IMG/VR virus record: IMGVR_UViG_3300029305_009617
Strand: one strand, 5' to 3'
Source: an uncultured virus (IMG/VR IMGVR_UViG_3300029305_009617)
Taxonomy: Duplodnaviria > Heunggongvirae > Uroviricota > Caudoviricetes
DNA length: 34,094 nt
Under the pieces are notes generated by a model. The model was not told the DNA's origin, did no database searches, and saw only the letters and a list, made by a program, of their open reading frames with translations. The first letter of the stretch is position 1. Each line of letters opens with the position of its first letter. The translations under genes and the position numbers were made by a program. Below are positions 27,048 to 34,094 of this stretch, piece after piece.

Positions 27048-27644
27048 ATGAAGAAACGTTTTTTTATAGGATGCTTTTTTGTATTTGTACTGTGTTTTGG
27101 AGTGTCTTTTTTGTTAATGCATATAAAACCAAATGAAGAATCACAGAGGGAACTTTTGGTATATAGGAATGGAGCCATTATACAGGATTCTCTTTCATTA
27201 TCAGATGAGGAATTCGTAGAGAGGATACAATATGAACATCCTGAAATTAAAGAGGATACCGTTGTAGAAAATAAGGACATAGCTGAAAAACAAAACTATG
27301 GTTGGTACAGCACTGAGATATATGTTGAAAATCTCTTACCCGGAACGGAATATGTCATCGTATTAGAATATTTAAACTTAAAATCAGAAGTAATTGAAGC
27401 ATTATTGTATACGCCTGACCTTTCGAAGTCATATTCGAAAGATATGATGTCGATGTCCGGGAGAATTGTTTTTCCGCTGACGCAATGGGAAGAAGGGGCA
27501 TATAAGGTTGTTATATACGGAACAGGGGATATAGGTGGTTATACCACCTATATTGTCAAAAAGGAGGATTTTGTAAAGTTGCAAGAGCCTAATATGGAAT
27601 ATCCCAGAGATTTAATGAGGGAGGATGCTTTAATTGATGAATAA
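27048..27644 (+). CDS. Membrane-anchored protein with beta-sandwich domain, paralogue C
   Basis: N-terminal TM. 'YVIVLEYLN...LLYTPD...GAYKV...DIGGYTTYIV' parallels 'YVVLQYTN...YLYEPD...GNWSV...DLGTYTTIV' in 23533. Confidence 0.75.
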   Translation: MKKRFFIGCFFVFVLCFGVSFLLMHIKPNEESQRELLVYRNGAIIQDSLSLSDEEFVERIQYEHPEIKEDTVVENKDIAEKQNYGWYSTEIYVENLLPGTEYVIVLEYLNLKSEVIEALLYTPDLSKSYSKDMMSMSGRIVFPLTQWEEGAYKVVIYGTGDIGGYTTYIVKKEDFVKLQEPNMEYPRDLMREDALIDE

Positions 27645-27970
27645 TTTTGCAACTTACCACAACATTCCACAAATTATTAATATGTTTACCCTATACCTTG
27701 CCTTGTTCGCTGGCCTGCGGAAAAGATGAACGTAGGGCAACGGCTAAGGCCTGATACCTGCATTGATTAATTTTTTTGTATGTTTATTAATGAAAGCGCC
27801 CATTAGGGCGCAAAGTGCGGCTTCGCCGGTAAACAAGGGAGAGAGAAATATGGCGAAAATGATTGGAGGAGATACAAACTGGAAATGTTAGAGAATAGGA
27901 AAAGCAGGAGAACAAAGGAAAAAAGTAAAACATAATGTAAATTTGTGGAAGGTTTGAGAAAGGAAAAAGT

Positions 27971-28276
27971 ATGTTACAAAAAGAAGAGTTAATAAAAAAT
28001 TATTTGAAAGCACAGGGATTTACCAGAAATCAAAGAGGCTTTATGTTTATGAGTGATGCCATTGCTTTATGCATCGATAATCAGCTTATTCGTGGAAAGG
28101 AACTGAATCATCTTTTAGGAAGAAAATATCTTTTATCCGAATCCCAGGTATTAAGCGCATTAAATTATTCTTTAAGCTATGCAAAAGCAAATGGACTCGA
28201 AGAAGTTACTTTATTGACTTTTATCCGGGAAAGTGCAGACCAAATAAAAAAAGAACTAAAGGAGGAAGAAATATAA
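27971..28276 (+). CDS. Stand-alone Spo0A C-terminal DNA-binding-domain protein
   Basis: '[21 protein letters not shown]...[20 protein letters not shown]...FIRESADQI' follows the Spo0A_C pattern (GxxxHxKGYxYLxxAI...IAKKYxTTxSRVERAIRHAI). Confidence 0.7.
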   Translation: MLQKEELIKNYLKAQGFTRNQRGFMFMSDAIALCIDNQLIRGKELNHLLGRKYLLSESQVLSALNYSLSYAKANGLEEVTLLTFIRESADQIKKELKEEEI

Positions 28277-29376
28277 TGGACATTTTAAAGAAAAAAAGAG
28301 AGACAGAAGAAATGGAAACTCTCGTCATCGATGATGAAAATGACGAGCTTTATGAGGATGATGAGGATTTTCCTTCGGATGACGAGTTAGGAATTTCATC
28401 TGAGGATGAAGAGATTGAGGAAAAAAAGGATTTGAATGTGCCAACCATCCTATTGATCGCACTGTTGGTATTACTTATCATTGCAATAGGCGTAGGTCTT
28501 TATAGTATTTCCCGTTCATCTAATCAGGAAGCAGCATTGCAGGCATGGGTTGCTGAATACTTATATGAAGCAGTCAGTGATGATGGGACAGGGCTTTTTA
28601 CGGATGAAGAAATTAAGAAAATTTCAGAAGAGGTGTCCTATATCATAGCTTCCGAATATCCGGAAGGTTTAGATATGGAAAATTTATCTGATGAACAAAT
28701 TTCCACCTTGGTACTCCGCATCAGAGAACAACTGCTTGACAGTGGAGCCTCTTTATCTACCTCTGATGTAACCACTATTTCCAGAGGTGTAGTAGAACAG
28801 TATTTTAAAGAACTGGGATATGATATAACAGACCTTTCATCATTAAACTCTAAAATATCTGATCTGGAAACTACGGATGAGCAGCTGGCTCAGTCTATAA
28901 AAAATCTTGCTGCAACACGTGGTGCTACGGGTGCTACGGGTGCTACGGGTGCTACGGGTGCGCAAGGTCCTAAAGGTGATAAGGGTGATAAGGGTGATAA
29001 AGGTGATACGGGTGCTACTGGCTCTACAGGTGCTAGGGGCGCAACGGGTGCTACGGGTGCAAGAGGACCACAAGGTATTCAAGGAAAACAGGGTGAGCAA
29101 GGTATCCAGGGTATCCAAGGCGAAAAAGGTGAGCAGGGTATCCAGGGCGAAGCCGGTAAGTCAGCCTACATTGTCTTTTCTGAATATGCATCCGGAAAAG
29201 ATGCATCCGGAAATCCTTCGTTCTCTACAAGTCCTTCTACGAACAGTAAGTTTGTAGGAATTGCAAACGTGGCAGAATCCACAGCACCGGAAGACCCTTC
29301 TGCATACACATGGTCTCAATGGAAAGAAAATGGTCTTATAATTGACCGCGAAAGTAACACTGTTTATTTTGATTAA
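28276..29376 (+). CDS. Membrane-anchored collagen-like protein
   Basis: Acidic N-terminus, TM helix, uninterrupted G-X-Y tract (28921-29160), and a phage-fibre-like C-terminal module ending TVYFD. Confidence 0.9.
   Translation: MDILKKKRETEEMETLVIDDENDELYEDDEDFPSDDELGISSEDEEIEEKKDLNVPTILLIALLVLLIIAIGVGLYSISRSSNQEAALQAWVAEYLYEAVSDDGTGLFTDEEIKKISEEVSYIIASEYPEGLDMENLSDEQISTLVLRIREQLLDSGASLSTSDVTTISRGVVEQYFKELGYDITDLSSLNSKISDLETTDEQLAQSIKNLAATRGATGATGATGATGAQGPKGDKGDKGDKGDTGATGSTGARGATGATGARGPQGIQGKQGEQGIQGIQGEKGEQGIQGEAGKSAYIVFSEYASGKDASGNPSFSTSPSTNSKFVGIANVAESTAPEDPSAYTWSQWKENGLIIDRESNTVYFD
28921..29160 (+). repeat. Collagen-coding tandem repeats
   Basis: (GGTGCTACG)x4, (GGTGATAAR)x3, GGTATCCAR units. 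Confidence 0.9.
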
Positions 29377-29385
29377 GGAGGTCTT

Positions 29386-32060
29386 ATGCTGAAATTATCG
29401 AAAACCCCAAAAATAGTTTTTTCAATAATTGCTGCTTTTTTTATTGTGATTTTTTCTGTATTTGGCTATTCCATGAGTGTCAAAGCAAGTGATTTAAAAG
29501 CAGTAAAAGAAGCTTTAGAGGCATCGGTTCCTGCTTCAACCAAAAATTTCACTGCAGAATTTATTACAACCTCTGATTCTGCCTCGGGCGGATTAGGGAC
29601 GAATGGTGCTGACCCATCGGGTTCCATTGCCTATGCTGTCAGTAATACAGTAAATAAGAATTTGACATCAACAACACTTACAGATGCTCAACTTAAGGAA
29701 CTTAATGATGAAGTGGCCAAAACTGTAAGTACGCAGTTAAATGCTATGCAGATTTCCTTAAATGCTTCCGACCAGAAAATGTTTACTGCCGGTATTCAGG
29801 CGCTTGTTATCTCGGATTTATATAAGGCGATTTCTGAGCGTGGTCTTATTGACCTTGCTTCATTAAATACCATGAGACATGGGCTGGAAGAACGCTTATC
29901 AGCCTGTGAAGAGATTATTTCTTCGCAGGCTGAAAGTGTTTCTTCTTCCATTACATATCTAACGGAAATGATTAATGAAATTGAACAGGACCCGGAAGGT
30001 GCTAAAAGATATGCGGAACTGGCTAATGAGATTGCTACTCTTCAGGAATATATGAAAACCTTTGGATTTGAAAATCTTAGTCCGGAAATAATTAAAAATC
30101 TGGATACTATGATAGCTTCGCTTCAGGAACGCCTTAATACATTAGATAATGAACTGTCCGGTAATGATGCTGACCTGACTGGTTTGTATAATGAACTTGA
30201 AAAGGTAAAAGATTCTCTGTCTGACAGTGATTTGCTGACGGAAGATATGCTTAACTCCTTACGTTCACAATTAGAACTTTCTAATTCCGAATTGCAGGGT
30301 ATTATATCAAGCCAGTCAACCCGGATTAATAACTTAAATACTTCGCTTAATACGTTATCTACAGATTTTGAAACATCTTTGGATAATTTCAATGCTGTTC
30401 AGACAAACACAAACAATGTGATTGCAGCAATAAAACGTGATTTAGGTGAAGGCAGCGTAGATGAACGTATTATTTCATTATGTAATGAACTTGCCGAGGC
30501 TTTGTCTGCAGATATTACTTCAACGAATGATTCTATTAATCAGCAGATCAGCGGATTAAGTGCATCTATTAATGCAACGAATTCGACACTTACAAGTGGT
30601 CTTAATAATTTAAATGACAAAGTTACGTCCATACAGGTATCTATGGATACTCTTTCCAAAGAACAAACGGATGCCTTAACACTTGCCACCCAAAATTTAC
30701 AGACAAAAATCGAGGAAAGTAATGATGACATTGTTTCCCTGTCCTCTTCCTTATCCGCAAGTACATCCAGCTTAAACAGTCTGATAGAAGGTAATGAGGC
30801 TGATATAGTTTCTCTTCGCACTAATATACAGAATGCAAAAACAGAACTTATTTCGGCCATGGATACTGCAAACGAGGAACAGCAAGCAGAGATTGAAGGA
30901 CTTATCGGTGAACTAGATTTAACACTTGCAGCCCTTGATTCTTCTTTCCAGATAAAAACACAAGAACTGCAGGTATCCATTAGTAATCTTTCGGAAACGC
31001 AATCAAAGGCACTTGCAGATGCAACCAGTGACTTACAGTCACGCATTGATGAAAGCAACGCGGATATTTCTTCACTTTCTTCATCATTAAGCAATGCAGC
31101 TATTAATTTAAATGGTTTGATAGAAGGTAATGCGACTGATATTACCGCTCTAAGAACTAATTTGACAAATGCAAAATCGGAATTAGAGGCTCTAATGGAA
31201 ACTGCTGATGAAGAACAGAAAGAAGAACTGCAGGGTATGATATCCGATGTAGACAAGGCATTACAGACATTAAATTCATCTTTTGCAGCTAAAACGGCTC
31301 AGCTGGAAGCAAATATTGCTGAATTAGATGAAAAACAGACGCAGGCATTAAATGAGGCTACTTCTGCATTACAGACAAAGATTGACGAAAGCAATGCAGA
31401 TATTTCGTCCTTATCGTCTTCTCTTTCTTCTGCAACTGAAAGTCTGAACGGATTGATTGAGGGTAATACAACCAATATAACTGAGTTGCAGGATAATTTG
31501 GAAACTGCTAAATCTGACCTGGTAAAACAAATGGAAAGCGCAGATGAGGCACAGAAAGAAGAACTGCAGGGTATGATAGATGCTATTGATGAAACTATTG
31601 TTGCTTTAGATTCTTCTTTTGATGCGTCCATCAGAGTATAAATGATTCGCTTCTTTCCGTGAATTCACAAATTACAGCTACCAATACAAAGTTGGAAGAT
31701 ACGAAAAATGCTCTAGAAACTGCAAAAAGCAATTTGTCAGGGCAATTAAGTACGTTGTCAACGAATCTTACAAGTGCTAAGAGCGATATTACTACTTTAT
31801 CCAATACACTCACTAATACTCAGAATGAGCTTTCTGCCTTGCAGGGTAATTTAGATACAACGACTGAAATTGTAAATAAGAATGCGGAGGATATTGATGC
31901 TTTAGAGACTTCTGTTACCTCATCACTTGATTCAAAAGCGAACAACAGTGATGTTGATGCTTTAAATGAACGTATTGAAGCATTGGAAGAAGAATTAGAA
32001 AACCAAAACAAAGTTACGTTTTCATCTGAAAATGGAGTTCCAACTGTTTATTTTAATTAA
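29386..32060 (+). CDS. Secreted/anchored long coiled-coil protein, split by a single-base frameshift at ~31632
   Basis: Signal-like N-terminus and heptad-rich sequence. Adding 1 nt at tccat^cagagt fuses 29386-31641 with 31659-32060 (...DASIQSINDSLLSVNSQ...), ending TVYFN. Confidence 0.75.
30664..31625 (+). repeat. About three tandem 336-bp (112-aa) repeats
   Basis: Units start at 30664, 31000 and 31336 (QTxAL..AT..LQxxIxESNxDIxSLSSSLS...LIEGN...). Confidence 0.9.
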
Positions 32061-32071
32061 TGAGGTGGATT

Positions 32072-33235
32072 ATGCAGGATAGTATTTTATTAGAATTAAA
32101 AGACTTTGTAGAGAATGAAGGGGTTTATGATAAGTCCGCCCCGCCAAAGTTTAACGAACCTTATTATGGTTTATATATGCAGCAAAAAATGAAGGCAATG
32201 GGAATCAACTCTGGCGATAAGGTTACTTTTACTTATATGCCTGACCCATCAGCTCCGAGCAATAAGGAAATATATGAGAACGTAACTGTAATTGAAACGG
32301 GAACGTGGCTAAAATTTCTTACACAGGGGCGTTCCATTTGGAAAACACGTGAAAACTTTAAATCTGCTATTCCCGGGCGCATTACAGACATATGCATTAC
32401 GAAAAAGGCAGATAATAATTTTGATGTCATAAAGGCAGCAAACGGAAACTATCGTATTACGCCTCTTTCAGAAGAAGAGAAGAAAGAATTGGAAGATACT
32501 TCCCATAGATGCAGAGTAGAACAACGTCATGAAGATATGGATAAATTTGGTCGCTTATTTCCTGAATATGATTTTGAAACTTGCAAATGGCTGATCCTCC
32601 GGATAGACTCTTTTTCTTATTATTATAATTTTGCATCCGGTAACGTCACTATTAGTTTAAAAGATGGCCGGAAATTAGATATTCCGAATCTTTCATTTAA
32701 ACGGATTTATCCAAACAGGCATTACATTTCGGCGATAAGAGGTAAAGAACCTTATATTTATATTCCTTTTAGTACTGATGAAGAATTGTTGTCGATAGAA
32801 TATATTTCAATACGTTTTTCTTATGAATATATCGGTAATTCTATCTGTACGGAACAATATGCTTTGGTGTATCCGGAATTTGATTTGGAACCTGAAAAAA
32901 ATTTTTATTCTATTCCAATTCGATTATTTTTTATGGATGACTATCGTTCTGTCGCGGATATTGGTCAACATTTAATGGATAATACCGCCGCAGGTTCCTT
33001 TGATACGAAATGTAATCTATTTCCAATCAAAGGGGATTTTGATGATAAGATTCTTGCAGATATGGAAACTGCTTCCTTTGGAAAAAATTTTAAAGTATCA
33101 ACCACCTTAACAGAACATGATTATCTTTATGACATCTTTATCATAAAGGAGACATATACACCGGTTTTATCATCTTATGAGCAACGTTATCCGCAAAATA
33201 AATTTGTATTCAAATGTAAGGAGGAATGGTTATGA
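32072..33235 (+). CDS. Hypothetical protein, no signal peptide
   Basis: GAGGTGG RBS before ATG 32072 (alternative start 32060). Coupled to the next gene. Confidence 0.75.
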   Translation: MQDSILLELKDFVENEGVYDKSAPPKFNEPYYGLYMQQKMKAMGINSGDKVTFTYMPDPSAPSNKEIYENVTVIETGTWLKFLTQGRSIWKTRENFKSAIPGRITDICITKKADNNFDVIKAANGNYRITPLSEEEKKELEDTSHRCRVEQRHEDMDKFGRLFPEYDFETCKWLILRIDSFSYYYNFASGNVTISLKDGRKLDIPNLSFKRIYPNRHYISAIRGKEPYIYIPFSTDEELLSIEYISIRFSYEYIGNSICTEQYALVYPEFDLEPEKNFYSIPIRLFFMDDYRSVADIGQHLMDNTAAGSFDTKCNLFPIKGDFDDKILADMETASFGKNFKVSTTLTEHDYLYDIFIIKETYTPVLSSYEQRYPQNKFVFKCKEEWL

Positions 33236-33444
33236 AAAAAATAAGATTTGCTTTATCCCTTGCCATTACTGTTGCAGCTATTTTATATTACAATACCAGC
33301 TCTTACGCAGCATATTCAAAACCCGCGGAGATTCTTTCTTCAGGAAATATGGCAAGTTTAAATTCAACGAAAGAAGATACCAGTGACGATTCCTATTTTT
33401 TCTATTGTCAAGACATTTATTATTTATACGAATTATGTAAGTAA
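33232..33444 (+). CDS. Small secreted protein (70 aa)
   Basis: AAGGAGG RBS and signal peptide (SYA/A). The mature part ILSSG...NSTKEDTSDDSYFF..QD is homologous to the N-terminus of the next gene. Confidence 0.75.
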   Translation: MKKIRFALSLAITVAAILYYNTSSYAAYSKPAEILSSGNMASLNSTKEDTSDDSYFFYCQDIYYLYELCK

Positions 33445-33458
33445 AAAGGAGAGTACCT

Positions 33459-34094
33459 ATGAATAAAAAATTTAAAATAATTGCTTCATCGATAGCTGTT
33501 TTCACCTTAGTATTTGGATTAAATTCATTTGCTTTTGCCGGTGATGATTATACAATTCTTTCCAAAGGACGTTTTGTTGACCGAAATGGAACTGTTAATG
33601 ATACTAGTGATGATACCATTTATTTTGATGCTAGTGACCTTACAACATTAAAAAACATGGTCGAAACCGGAAAAACAAAAATTTCCACTGCAGTCAATGC
33701 CTATCCAAACGCAAGCGTTCAGACATTGGATACATTTGATAATTTAACAGCAGCAATTGATTCTCTGACGGAATTTCCGGCCGGAACATATTATTATGAT
33801 TCCACTACCGGGACAGATGATGCGTCTGCATTAGTACGTTATATCAAAGAAAATGATGCATATTATCTTTGCGATCAGAATGGTAATAAGACCTCTGATG
33901 AGGCACAAACAGTAGATGAAAATAACCTGGTAGAATACACGAAAATGGCAGCTGAAAATTTAACTGCCGGAACAGCCGGAATGGTCGATAAAGCCTTTGT
34001 TTTAGGGAATGGTTCTGATAATATTTCTTATCGGAACTTAGGGATTGAATCTGCAGATACTGTAGTAAATACAAATTCAGCAAGTTATAAAGCT
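33459..34094 (+). CDS. Secreted protein with phage tail-fibre-like motifs (3'-truncated by the window, absent from the ORF track)
   Basis: AAGGAG RBS, 212 codons open to the window end, signal peptide AFA/G, then ILSKG...NGTVNDTSDDTIYFDASDL, GKTKISTAV...TFDNLTAAIDSL and AENLTAGTAGMV...VLGNG. Confidence 0.85.
   Translation, partial: MNKKFKIIASSIAVFTLVFGLNSFAFAGDDYTILSKGRFVDRNGTVNDTSDDTIYFDASDLTTLKNMVETGKTKISTAVNAYPNASVQTLDTFDNLTAAIDSLTEFPAGTYYYDSTTGTDDASALVRYIKENDAYYLCDQNGNKTSDEAQTVDENNLVEYTKMAAENLTAGTAGMVDKAFVLGNGSDNISYRNLGIESADTVVNTNSASYKA

Noticed and set aside
27851..27857. TGGCGAA matching the Spo0A box upstream of the Spo0A_C gene
   Set aside because: A single degenerate 7-mer is expected by chance, and the protein's recognition helix is diverged.
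28843..29257. Alternate-frame repetitive ORFs (VLRVLR..., TRSTRS...)
   Set aside because: By-products of the collagen 9-bp repeats.
28276..34094. Prophage tail module
   Set aside because: No capsid, terminase, baseplate or lysis genes, and the proteins have signal peptides or TM anchors.

Overview
AT-rich Firmicutes (Clostridia/Lachnospiraceae-like) DNA, most likely part of a large conjugative element (ICE or megaplasmid). 1-6478: Gram-positive T4SS genes (PrgI-like, VirB4-associated protein, VirB4 ATPase, long VirB6-like protein). About 6480-17290: an accessory hotspot. It holds three type I toxin-antitoxin-like modules that share one RNA scaffold but carry unrelated peptides, a gene with a predicted SOS box, a broken N6-adenine methyltransferase interrupted by an intact IS200/IS605 (tnpA-tnpB), a three-gene nitrilase-fold/wHTH operon, and a SAMHD1-like HD dNTPase with a small partner. 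17410-27644: probable backbone genes, including an S1-like plus wHTH pair, a tyrosine recombinase homologue lacking its catalytic residues, and three paralogous membrane-anchored proteins around an acidic putative cell-wall hydrolase. 27971-end: an operon with a stand-alone Spo0A C-terminal-like regulator, a collagen-like protein, a frameshifted 112-aa-repeat coiled coil and secreted proteins with phage-fibre-like motifs, which is a candidate surface fibre system. All family calls come from motif recognition by eye; no searches were run.
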